Positions 17,208 to 25,502 are shown, counted from the stretch's first letter. The stretch is 64,000 nucleotides of DNA from an uncultured archaeon (GCA_903866625.1 CAIPOI010000008.1:2652-66651), one strand, 5' to 3'. The notes: generated by a model not told the origin, from the letters alone. Translations and numbers: made by a program.

Positions 17208-17316
17208 TTTTCTTTAATCGAAGATTTGAACAGATTCGAAGTTCAAATACTTCAAAATTTAAAATTTTGAATGTCCCCGAAAATTAGAAATTTTCGCGGC
17301 TTCGTGGGCTCATTTT
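17183..17316 (+). repeat. Cluster of T-arm/3'-acceptor-derived repeats downstream of tRNA-Ile
   Basis: Direct 12-mer CGAAGTTCAAAT at 17183-17194 and 17237-17248. Perfect 13-nt inverted copy (GTTCAAATCTTCG at 17187-17199 versus CGAAGATTTGAAC at 17219-17231). Direct 17-mer CTTCGTGGGCTCATTTT at 17195-17211 and 17300-17316. Confidence 0.85.
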
Positions 17317-17371
17317 ATATTTTTAGAATATCACTGAATCATTTAAAGGTTTTTCTAAGATTCTTATTGAA

Positions 17372-17668
17372 TTATTTTGCTGGAGCAACAATATCTTCTG
17401 CAGAAACAATATCATCTAAGGGAATTTTAACCAAGATTGGTTTTTGCTCTAGATGGTCAGTTATTATGGCGTGAACTAGTTCTCTTTCTTTTTTAATTTC
17501 GCTGGCTCTAATAACATAATCTCCTCTTTTTGTAGTAAATAGATTAAAAGATTCAATCACTATAGGGGTTGGATAATAGCTCGGATTTATTTGTCTCCAA
17601 GAAGAAAAACCTCCTTTTAACAGTTCGGGCTTTCCGCATAATGCATAAACATAATCTCCAAATACCAT
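17372..17668 (-). CDS. Hypothetical small protein (paralog of the adjacent gene)
   Basis: 98 aa. It shares PIVIESFNLFTTKRGDYVIRASEI / VKIPLDDIVSAEDI with PIIVEPFFLYKTDIEEPVIKAEEI / RKVAVDDLIDPNKV of the upstream ORF. Confidence 0.55.
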   Translation of the reverse strand: MVFGDYVYALCGKPELLKGGFSSWRQINPSYYPTPIVIESFNLFTTKRGDYVIRASEIKKERELVHAIITDHLEQKPILVKIPLDDIVSAEDIVAPAK

Positions 17669-17967
17669 TATACTGAGAAAGAAGTAACTTTATTTGGGTC
17701 TATTAAATCATCTACTGCAACTTTTCTTAGAGCATACTCTCCTCTCGAATTTGCTATTGCTATTTCTACCATCCCTTTGCTTCTAGAAATTTCTTCAGCT
17801 TTTATTACTGGTTCTTCAATATCTGTTTTATAAAGAAAAAATGGTTCAACAATTATTGGCGCATCTTTATCGCCTATAACAACTTCTTGTTCATTACCAA
17901 ATATTCCCTTGTTAGTTTTTCTGCAGATCCTGCAAGGAACATAGACTTCTGGATTTTCTCGTGGCAT
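17668..17967 (-). CDS. Hypothetical small protein (paralog of the adjacent gene)
   Basis: 99 aa. It overlaps the downstream paralog by 1 nt. Confidence 0.55.
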   Translation of the reverse strand: MPRENPEVYVPCRICRKTNKGIFGNEQEVVIGDKDAPIIVEPFFLYKTDIEEPVIKAEEISRSKGMVEIAIANSRGEYALRKVAVDDLIDPNKVTSFSV

Positions 17968-18085
17968 GTATTTTTTAGTTCAATTAAATATTTAAACTTT
18001 TATCTAGTGCAAATCTTTTATTACTTTTGAAATGTAGCTTAGACTTTTAAAGAATCAAAATGGTATTCTCTCTGAAATAAAACAT

Positions 18086-18166
18086 TCAAAAACTAACTAT
18101 CCCTTCGGGTTCAACCTTGATAGTTTTTGAAACTCAGAAATCTTAGATTTCTGATTTTTTATTTTT
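18086..18166 (+). ncRNA. Candidate structured RNA / terminator-like element in a divergent intergenic region
   Basis: Hairpin 1 at 18086-18130: TCAAAAACTAACTATC...GATAGTTTTTGA enclosing C(TTCG)G. Hairpin 2 at 18135-18153: the perfect palindrome CAGAAATC-TTA-GATTTCTG. A T-tract follows at 18155-18166. A CTTTTAAAG box lies about 40 nt upstream of hairpin 1. Confidence 0.3.
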
Positions 18167-18189
18167 AATTAAAACTGAAAAAAATAAAA

Positions 18190-18753
18190 ATGATAATTGG
18201 GGTGTGTGGAACTATAGCTGCTGGAAAAGAGACTCTTACAAGCTTTTTTAGAGAGAGAGGTTTTGTTTATTTAGAGACTTCTGCAATAATAAAAGAAAAT
18301 TTAATTAAACAGGGTATAGAAGTTACAAGAACAAATATGCAAGATTGGGCTGACGAATTACGAAAAAAAGATGGAGTCGAAGCACTTATGAAAATTATGC
18401 TGGAAATAGCTAAAGCTAATCCGGCTAAACACTTTATGTTTGATAGTTTAAGAAATCATGGTGAGGCTGATTTTTTAAGGCAGAATAGCGAGAATTTTAT
18501 TCTGATAGCGGTTGATGCGCCAAAGGAAATAAGATTTCAGAGAATAATTTCTCGCGGTAAGCTTCATGACCCGAAAACTTGGGAAGATTTTTTAGTTGTG
18601 GACAATAGAGATTTAAATGATGAATTTAATCCTCATGGTCAACATACTCAAAAGTTAATAGATATGGCGGATTTTGTTATTGTAAATGATCAAGATTTGG
18701 AAAGTGGAAAAAAGAAAGTTGAGGAGATTTGGAATAAAATTATGGTGAAATAA
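18190..18753 (+). CDS. P-loop nucleotide/nucleoside kinase (dephospho-CoA-kinase / dNMP-kinase-like)
   Basis: MIIGVCGTIAAGKETL is a CoaE-like P-loop at the extreme N-terminus. 187 aa. A DSLRN..E lid-like region is present. Confidence 0.55.
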   Translation: MIIGVCGTIAAGKETLTSFFRERGFVYLETSAIIKENLIKQGIEVTRTNMQDWADELRKKDGVEALMKIMLEIAKANPAKHFMFDSLRNHGEADFLRQNSENFILIAVDAPKEIRFQRIISRGKLHDPKTWEDFLVVDNRDLNDEFNPHGQHTQKLIDMADFVIVNDQDLESGKKKVEEIWNKIMVK

Positions 18754-19168
18754 GAGCGAGCTCTTCAATACCTTCTTCTAATAGGTGTCTATAGATTGGT
18801 GCGGTTAGGTTGTATAGTTTTATCCAATCTAATGGATTAATTGAACTTGGTCCTCCTGAAAATGGGGCTGCTTGGTCTATTGAATTATCTACTTGATCAA
18901 GCGCTAGCTTTTCATTTTCAAATCTTTCCTTTAGATATTTATCTACTTCAACAGTTATTTTTGCTCTTCTACGCGTATGTTCATCAGAAAAATTTTCCGG
19001 AACCAAAATTTGATCTAGAAATATCCAAGAATCTTCACTGAACCCATATATGGTTCGGACATTACCACTCATTCTTCTGGAAGGATAATAACCTCTGAAA
19101 TGTGCAAGAGATATTCTTTGTTTTGTAACTGCAACTTCTTGGTTTTCTGTATCTAGATATTTACCCAT
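18740..19168 (-). CDS. Hypothetical protein
   Basis: 142-aa ORF, convergent with the kinase gene with a 14-nt overlap. No motif recognised. Confidence 0.45.
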   Translation of the reverse strand: MGKYLDTENQEVAVTKQRISLAHFRGYYPSRRMSGNVRTIYGFSEDSWIFLDQILVPENFSDEHTRRRAKITVEVDKYLKERFENEKLALDQVDNSIDQAAPFSGGPSSINPLDWIKLYNLTAPIYRHLLEEGIEELALISP

Positions 19169-19257
19169 CGTAATCCGAATCTTCCTAGTGTTTTAAGTAT
19201 TATTATAGTTTTATAGATAAGACAAAAATATAAAAACCAAGTTCTTGATGTATTTTT

Positions 19258-20442
19258 ATGTTAGTAGGAATAGTAGGCAAGCCCAACGTGGGAAAAAGTA
19301 CATTTTTTAAAGCTGCAACTCTAGCAGATGTTTTAATTGCTAACTATCCTTTTGCAACTATCAAACCTAATCATGGTGTTGCTTATGTTAGAATTGATTG
19401 TATTGATAAGGAGTTTAAAGTTCAGTGCATGCCAAGAACGGGCTATTGCATAAATAATCAGAGATTTGTTCCTGTTGAATTAATGGACGTTGCTGGATTG
19501 GTTGAAGGGGCTTCAGAAGGAAAGGGTTTGGGAAATCAATTTTTAGATGATCTTCGTCAAGCAGATTGTTTTATTCAGATAGTTGATGTTTCTGGTACAA
19601 CTGATGCAGGTGGAAAAGAAGGAAAAGGAGATCCTATAGCAGATGTAAGAATGTTAGAGAAAGAATTAGATTTATGGTATTTAGGGATATTAAACAAAGT
19701 TTGGAAAACTTTTGCTCGAGCTTTACAACAAAGAAAAGAAGATTTTGCTAAATCTATTGCTAAACAATTTTCAGGTTTAAAGGTTACAGAAGATGATGTT
19801 AAACGAGTTGTTTTAAAATTAAAGTTTAATACAGATAATCCTGCAGCTTGGACTGAAGAACAATTGCTTGGTTTTGCACACGCACTTAGACATTTAACAA
19901 AACCTATGATTATCGCTGCTAATAAAGCTGACAAAACCGGCTCTTCTGAAAACCTTGAACTTTTAAGAAAAACTTTCCCAGATTATATGATTGCTCCGTG
20001 TTCTGCTGATTCTGAACTTGCTCTTAGACAAGCAAGTAAGGCAGGACTTATAGAGTATATTCCTGGAGATAGAGATTTTAAATTAAAAAAAGAGTTAAAT
20101 GAAAAACAGAAACAAGCTTTAGAAGAAATAAGAAAAAATGTTCTACAAAAATATGATAGTGGTACTGGAGTTCAACAGATAATGAATAAAGCTGTTTTTG
20201 AATTGTTAAAATATATTGCAATTTTTCCTGCTGGGGCTCATAAACTTGCGGATTCAAAAGGAAATATATTACCCGATTGTTTTTTACTTCCCGAAGGTTC
20301 TACTGCTTTAGATTTTGCTTTTTCTCTTCATACAGATATAGGAAATAATTTTGTAAAAGCCATTGATGCTAGAACTGGAAAGGCTCTTGGTAAAGATCAT
20401 GTTCTAAAGAACAGAGATGCTCTAGAGATTGCTGTGAAGTAA
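19258..20442 (+). CDS. Obg-family (YchF/DRG-type) GTP-binding protein with C-terminal TGS-like domain
   Basis: G1 VGIVGKPNVGKSTFF, G3 DVAGLVEGAS, G4 IIAANKADK, C-terminal LPEGSTALDFAFSLHTDIGNNFVKAIDARTGKALGKDHVLKNRDALEI. Confidence 0.85.
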   Translation: MLVGIVGKPNVGKSTFFKAATLADVLIANYPFATIKPNHGVAYVRIDCIDKEFKVQCMPRTGYCINNQRFVPVELMDVAGLVEGASEGKGLGNQFLDDLRQADCFIQIVDVSGTTDAGGKEGKGDPIADVRMLEKELDLWYLGILNKVWKTFARALQQRKEDFAKSIAKQFSGLKVTEDDVKRVVLKLKFNTDNPAAWTEEQLLGFAHALRHLTKPMIIAANKADKTGSSENLELLRKTFPDYMIAPCSADSELALRQASKAGLIEYIPGDRDFKLKKELNEKQKQALEEIRKNVLQKYDSGTGVQQIMNKAVFELLKYIAIFPAGAHKLADSKGNILPDCFLLPEGSTALDFAFSLHTDIGNNFVKAIDARTGKALGKDHVLKNRDALEIAVK

Positions 20443-20695
20443 TTAGTTTTAATATAAGGTTCGCCTAACGGCTCGCTTGAAAAATTGTCTGCTTCACAAT
20501 CTGCTTAAGCTTGATTGTTCTCGCAGTTATTTATCACTTATTTTAATAATTAAACTAGGACTAATAACTAAAAATTATTCAACGCTTTTCAATACTTTGT
20601 AGAAAATAAATAATGCAAGGCACAATTGGTAGAAGGGTTCTTTCTTTTTATTAAAATCAAAAGTATTAAATATTCTGGGATAACTATTATAAAAC

Positions 20696-20923
20696 ATGAT
20701 AACAAAAATAAATGTTAGAGTTAGAGCAAATTCTTCTGAGTCAAAGATTGAAGATTTTGGTGATTACAAGTTTTTAGTTTATGTTAAATCTCCTGCCGAA
20801 GATAATAAGGCAAATATTGAGATGTTAAATCTTGTTGCAAAACATATTGGAGTTCCTGCGACAAAACTAAGAATTATTTCTGGAGCTAGTGGTAAGGATA
20901 AGACTATTGAGATAAGTTATTAG
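20696..20923 (+). CDS. DUF167 (YggU/UPF0235) family protein
   Basis: 75 aa. VKSPAEDNKANIEMLNLVAKHIGVPATKLRIISGASGKDKTIEI matches the family's K-A-N ... G-x-x-S-x-x-K pattern. Confidence 0.7.
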   Translation: MITKINVRVRANSSESKIEDFGDYKFLVYVKSPAEDNKANIEMLNLVAKHIGVPATKLRIISGASGKDKTIEISY

Positions 20924-20973
20924 TTATTCTAGCATACATAAATACTTTTAAACTAATTTTCTAAATAGATCTT

Positions 20974-21558
20974 ATGGGTTTGTTAGATTTTTTCAGAAAT
21001 GAAGTTGATACTGGAATTGAATTTGAATTAGAGCATATTAGTGTTTTTGATTTAGCTAGCTTTATTCGTGTAAAAGACAAGCCAAATTTTACTGGTGCTT
21101 ACAGAGAGATTGAATTAGGGGCGATAGAATATGCGGGTCTGGCTAATCTTTTTTCTGGTAGATTTAGAGTTTTTATGAATAAAATTGACCAAGGCTATAA
21201 GCCAATTTTGAAACCTATTCAAATACATTCTTCAAATGCTAATGTTATAACTGCTAGAATTATTTTTCCTAAAGAAATAAATGATGAGGCTGATGGTGCG
21301 ACTTCTTCTTGGGCTCCAAGTCTTGAAGACTGGAAATTATATGGTAGAGTTCAACCAGTTTTAGTTTGTTCAATACCCACTTCTACTTCTCAATCTACTC
21401 TGGCTAGAATTTATTTTGAAAGTGTTAAGGGCAGTCCTCTTTCTGAAGTAATTTGTAAAACTAATGGGAATGTAAGGCATTGTTATATTGGAAGACTGCA
21501 TGATGTATCGGTTGGGTTTACGGATCAGAGATACGCTTTTGAAAAGTGGAAACTTTAA
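20974..21558 (+). CDS. Hypothetical protein
   Basis: 194-aa ORF with ordinary composition and no recognised motif. Confidence 0.5.
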   Translation: MGLLDFFRNEVDTGIEFELEHISVFDLASFIRVKDKPNFTGAYREIELGAIEYAGLANLFSGRFRVFMNKIDQGYKPILKPIQIHSSNANVITARIIFPKEINDEADGATSSWAPSLEDWKLYGRVQPVLVCSIPTSTSQSTLARIYFESVKGSPLSEVICKTNGNVRHCYIGRLHDVSVGFTDQRYAFEKWKL

Positions 21559-21604
21559 TTCTTATTAATATTAATAAACTAGCAAATCTGTAAACTATTA
21601 TAAA

Positions 21605-22072
21605 ATGGGTATAAAATACGAGTTAGATTCAGGAATTATGACAAGAATATATGACATAGCTAAGACTCTTGGAATGGAACACATAAAACTTTCTGGGATT
21701 TATGCTATAAGAAGTTATGGGAGTGGTTCAAGTCGAACAATTGCAAGATGTCATGCACTTTCTAAAATATGGCAGTTAGCTCTAGGAATAAATGCAGTCT
21801 ATCTTATTGAAGTTATAAGTGAAAGATTTGATAAGATGAGTAGAGAAGACCAAGATCGAGTGCTGATACATGAACTCATTCACATACCACTTAGTTTTGG
21901 AGGAGGATTTAAGCATCATGATTTTGTTAATGAGAGAAATGTTGAAAAATTATATCAAAAATATGTTTTGTTGAAGAATAATAATTTAGTTTCTAGTGAT
22001 AATCATGTTCGCGAAGAAATTAAAAAGCATGAAAAAAAGAAAAAAGGTGTTTTTGGAGGGAGATGGTTTTAG
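21605..22072 (+). CDS. Putative zinc metallopeptidase (HExxH; SprT/DUF45-like)
   Basis: RVLIHELIHIPLSFGGGFKHHD contains HELIH plus downstream His residues. 155 aa. Confidence 0.5.
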   Translation: MGIKYELDSGIMTRIYDIAKTLGMEHIKLSGIYAIRSYGSGSSRTIARCHALSKIWQLALGINAVYLIEVISERFDKMSREDQDRVLIHELIHIPLSFGGGFKHHDFVNERNVEKLYQKYVLLKNNNLVSSDNHVREEIKKHEKKKKGVFGGRWF

Positions 22073-22342
22073 TTATTTTGGAACATAGATCTCTATAACT
22101 TTTTCTTTTCTGTAGTCACTATTCCCTATTTGTTCGTCTTTTCTCCTGGGTCTTATTCTTAAGAATACTTGTTCAAATTCAAGTTTTTTTATTCTTTGCC
22201 ACTCTTCTAATTTTTTTCCAATCTCTTCCATCGTGACTCTTGAAAATGTTTCGGTTTGCCATTCGTAAACTCCCACATTGTTCATATGTTCAAAACCACT
22301 TTCTTCTAATTGTTTTTCTAGAGTTTTAAATGAGAATCTCAT
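22073..22342 (-). CDS. Hypothetical protein, third gene of an overlapping three-gene operon
   Basis: 89-aa ORF. Its ATG (22342-22340) overlaps the TGA (22341-22339) of the upstream small ORF. Confidence 0.55.
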   Translation of the reverse strand: MRFSFKTLEKQLEESGFEHMNNVGVYEWQTETFSRVTMEEIGKKLEEWQRIKKLEFEQVFLRIRPRRKDEQIGNSDYRKEKVIEIYVPK

Positions 22343-22491
22343 AGTAACCTAATTTCTTCTTTAATTTCAAAAGTAATTTGTACTAACTTGCCAGGACAAA
22401 GATGTTCTTGAAGCATCGTTGGAACTATTATTACTGCTTGTTTACCATGCTTTGCTATTTTCTTTGTAATGGTGAAGGTTTGAGATGTCAT
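22339..22491 (-). CDS. AbrB/SpoVT-like small DNA-binding protein (50 aa), not in ORF track
   Basis: My codon-by-codon translation: MTSQTFTITKKIAKHGKQAVIIVPTMLQEHLCPGKLVQITFEIKEEIRLL. The K-x-G-K-Q-x-x-I-I-V-P ... P-G-x-x-V pattern resembles swapped-hairpin AbrB/MazE domains. ATGA overlaps occur at both ends. Confidence 0.55.
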   Translation of the reverse strand: MTSQTFTITKKIAKHGKQAVIIVPTMLQEHLCPGKLVQITFEIKEEIRLL

Positions 22492-23264
22492 TTTCTTGCC
22501 TCGCAGGTATATCCTTGTCTTTCTAATTCTGGTCGTAAAATGCTTGCATAAATAAGAGGTACATCACTCCAATCCGACATCTCTGAAAGATGAGAATGTT
22601 CAAAATCTCTTTTATTTTCCTGCCACCAACTTTCTAAAGATAAATGCGTCTCTGGAACAAGAGCCACAATTGGAAAAAAGTGATCATCATCTTTATATTT
22701 TGAGCTCCACCAATCATGTAAAAAGTCATTAGGTTCTTTAAGAAAGCTACTTATTGTGGACTTTAATATTCCTTCATAGGGTCTAGAAATTAAATGTCTG
22801 CTATCATTCATCATTGATACAAGAACTGTTTGATTGTGAGCTCTAATTCCGTATCTCGGTCTCATATCTAGTGCTTCTCTAAAGATTATCCCCTCTTCTC
22901 CTAATATTATTTGTTGTTGATCATTTGAATGAGGAGCAAATGTTTCTTCAGGGACTTCAATATATCCATCAGGAATACTCCCTTTGTAAGGAACTATGGC
23001 CAGTTCTAATATATTGCTCCCAGAATGTTCATAGTGATAAGAATTCCCTCTAATTGCTAATCTTCGTTGATCGGCATTGTATCTTTCAATCTCTTCTTTT
23101 GCTCTAGGAAATGTTTTTCTCCACATCTCTTTGATCGGTAATCTTAGAGGTCTTTGTTGTAAAGCTTCATCTATTCTTCCAGAGCTTACTCTTTGTAGCT
23201 TTGTAGCTATATCTGCTCCTTGTAGTTCTTCTTCTACTATTCTTTTAAGTGTTGGACTTATCAT
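22488..23264 (-). CDS. Hypothetical protein (Trp/His/Arg-rich, compositionally unlike its neighbours), first gene of the overlapping operon
   Basis: 258-aa ORF. No family recognised. Its TGA overlaps the ATG of the AbrB-like ORF. Confidence 0.6.
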   Translation of the reverse strand: MISPTLKRIVEEELQGADIATKLQRVSSGRIDEALQQRPLRLPIKEMWRKTFPRAKEEIERYNADQRRLAIRGNSYHYEHSGSNILELAIVPYKGSIPDGYIEVPEETFAPHSNDQQQIILGEEGIIFREALDMRPRYGIRAHNQTVLVSMMNDSRHLISRPYEGILKSTISSFLKEPNDFLHDWWSSKYKDDDHFFPIVALVPETHLSLESWWQENKRDFEHSHLSEMSDWSDVPLIYASILRPELERQGYTCEARK

Positions 23265-23377
23265 GTTGTTTTTATCGTCGTGTTTTTAGCACAGAACAGT
23301 AACAACATAGCTTCTTATTAATATTATTTCTCCTTATTAGGAGAAAGATTTATATAGTAAAATCCTCTTGGTGTAAT

Positions 23378-24115
23378 ATGGAAATAAAACAACTTGAAGA
23401 ATTAGGATTAACTAAGAATGAAGCACTTGTTTATGTTTTTCTTCTGAGAAATGGAGAAACTACAACTGGAAAAATTATCAAGGATACCCAAATAGTTAAC
23501 TCACAGGTTTATGAAACTCTTAATTCGCTTATTTCTAGAGGACTAGTCTCGTATAATGTTCAAAAGGATGGAAAACACTTTAGTGCTGAAGATCCTCGCA
23601 AGTTTCTTGAACTTGAAGAACAAAGAAAAAAGAAAGTGATGGAGTTTATTCCTGACCTTATGAAACTGAAGAATTCTAGCGGAGATGAAACGATTACTGC
23701 AGTTTATGAGGGATATGAGGGATTTAAAACAGCATTTAAGAAAATAATTGATGATTGTCCAAAAGGGAAGGAGATTTACATACTTGGATTTTCAGATAGA
23801 ATGTATAAAACCGAATCCTTGAGATTATTTTTAAGTAATATGAATCTTAAAACTGTGGAGAAAAAACAGAAATTAAAGATTATACTTGATAAGGATTCAA
23901 GAGAACAACTAGGCAAGGATAGAGAAGCTGAAAGAAATACAGAAGTTAGATATATGCCTAAAGGTTATATTAATCCTGCAGCCCTGGACATCTTTGAAGA
24001 TTATGTTTATATGTTTCTTTGGGAAGAAAAGCCTTTTGTATTTATGATTAAGAATAAAGCTATAGCTGAAAGCTTTAAACAATATTTTAAAATGCTTTGG
24101 AGAATAGCTAAATAA
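23378..24115 (+). CDS. TrmB-family transcriptional regulator
   Basis: N-terminal wHTH: LEELGLTKNEALVYVFLLRNGETTTGKIIKDTQIVNSQVYETLNSLISRGLVSY. TTTATATA box at 23349-23356, 29 nt upstream. Confidence 0.8.
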   Translation: MEIKQLEELGLTKNEALVYVFLLRNGETTTGKIIKDTQIVNSQVYETLNSLISRGLVSYNVQKDGKHFSAEDPRKFLELEEQRKKKVMEFIPDLMKLKNSSGDETITAVYEGYEGFKTAFKKIIDDCPKGKEIYILGFSDRMYKTESLRLFLSNMNLKTVEKKQKLKIILDKDSREQLGKDREAERNTEVRYMPKGYINPAALDIFEDYVYMFLWEEKPFVFMIKNKAIAESFKQYFKMLWRIAK

Positions 24116-24116
24116 T

Positions 24117-24455
24117 ATGAAACTCCAATTAAAAGAACAAAAAATTCCAAAAACTATCAACTTTAAGCTTAATGGAAAAGAGTTTTGTGTTGGAGAATAT
24201 AGAATATTGAAAAATATTTTTGCTAAGATGCGAGGACTTATGTTTAGGTCGAGAAAATTTAATACTCCACTGCTTTTTGTTTTTTCTCGGCCAGGAATTT
24301 ATGCTATTCATTCATTTTTTTGCAGAAAATTTATTGCAGTTTGGATGCTTGATGAAAAAGTTATCGACGTGAAAATTGTAACTCCTTATAAATTTAGTGT
24401 TACTCCTGAAAAAAAGTTTAATTTGCTACTTGAAGTACCTTTACAGAAAGTTTAA
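24117..24455 (+). CDS. DUF192 (COG1430) family protein
   Basis: 112 aa. MRGLMFRSR...PLLFVF fits the G-L-M-x-R ... F motif of DUF192. Confidence 0.6.
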   Translation: MKLQLKEQKIPKTINFKLNGKEFCVGEYRILKNIFAKMRGLMFRSRKFNTPLLFVFSRPGIYAIHSFFCRKFIAVWMLDEKVIDVKIVTPYKFSVTPEKKFNLLLEVPLQKV

Positions 24456-24543
24456 TTTCCCGTCGGAAAGAGAAACATTTAAATACTAGTTGTAAGATTT
24501 TATATTAGAATAAATGATATACTCGCTAAAAAGGAGGTAAAAA

Positions 24544-24666
24544 ATGGGATCAGTTATTGTAAAGAACGCTGTTAAGCGAAAACCAGGTTATCTTTACTAC
24601 GTTGACGGAAAAGGAAACGTTTGTGAAGCTAAAATGGCTCGTGGCGGAAAAAAGAAAAAGAAATAA
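24544..24666 (+). CDS. Small basic protein (40 aa) with strong Shine-Dalgarno, not in ORF track
   Basis: MGSVIVKNAVKRKPGYLYYVDGKGNVCEAKMARGGKKKKK. GGAGGT at 24533-24538 lies 5 nt before the ATG. A ~100-nt T-rich tract follows. Confidence 0.5.
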   Translation: MGSVIVKNAVKRKPGYLYYVDGKGNVCEAKMARGGKKKKK

Positions 24667-24788
24667 ATCTTTTTCGTGACGCTTATTTATTATTTTTATT
24701 TTACTTTTTCTTTATTTTTATTCTTTTATTTTTTATCTGTTTTTTATTTTTTAGTTAAGTTTTTATAGGCATATTTTCTGATTTTTAT

Positions 24789-25502
24789 ATGGTATATTAT
24801 GATAGAAGAAAATTGCTCTTTGATACTTGCGCATTAGTAAGATTAGCTGAAGCTTTGCCAAAAATTCCTGAACCTCTTATTATTTCTGATGTTCATAGGG
24901 AATTGAGAACTCTTTCTCAAGCTGATGTTTGTAATCATCTTCATGGAGATATGAGAAAAGATAATCGTGAGTCTATTCAATCTGCAAGCGTTGTTGCAAG
25001 ATTTTATGATGCTCATCCTGAATATACAATCCCCCCAGTTTCTTCTTCAACGTTACATAAACTAACTCCTTTAACTGGAAAACAAATAGCTTGGGATTTG
25101 GGAAAAGGTATAATTTTTCAAGAGAAGCATGTTCTAAGTAATGATCTGACTGATGTTGGCAAGACTATTGGGCAAACCCTTCTTCAGAGAGTTAAAGATT
25201 TGGGTATTGTTATTGATGAGCATAATTCTACTCAGCTTATTCGAGTAGCTCTTGATAGTCAAAAGTATATTCTTAATTGTGTTAGAAAACATCACGGGAA
25301 AATTCAAGAACCAAAATTTGATACTGATTTATTGATTTTAGCTACGGCAAGACATTCTCCAGTCTATTCTGGATGTGAAACTTGGGTTGTTTCTTATGAT
25401 TGTGATATCAAGCATATAAATTGGTTTGCAGAAAAAGTTAGAGATAGATTTGTAAAATTTATGCATCCTGAAAGATTCTTGGCTGAAACAGGATTAATCT
25501 AA
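24789..25502 (+). CDS. Hypothetical protein, possibly PIN-like
   Basis: LLFDTCALVRLAE near the N-terminus and DTDLLILATARH near the C-terminus are spaced like PIN acidic motifs. Weak assignment. Confidence 0.4.
   Translation: MVYYDRRKLLFDTCALVRLAEALPKIPEPLIISDVHRELRTLSQADVCNHLHGDMRKDNRESIQSASVVARFYDAHPEYTIPPVSSSTLHKLTPLTGKQIAWDLGKGIIFQEKHVLSNDLTDVGKTIGQTLLQRVKDLGIVIDEHNSTQLIRVALDSQKYILNCVRKHHGKIQEPKFDTDLLILATARHSPVYSGCETWVVSYDCDIKHINWFAEKVRDRFVKFMHPERFLAETGLI

Noticed and set aside
16953-17967. Integrated mobile element or provirus at tRNA-Ile
   Set aside because: Only short att-like duplicates spanning ~110 nt are present. No integrase, transposase or recognisable viral or plasmid gene was seen in the flanking 5 kb. 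I therefore report it as a scar or repeat cluster, not a mobile element.
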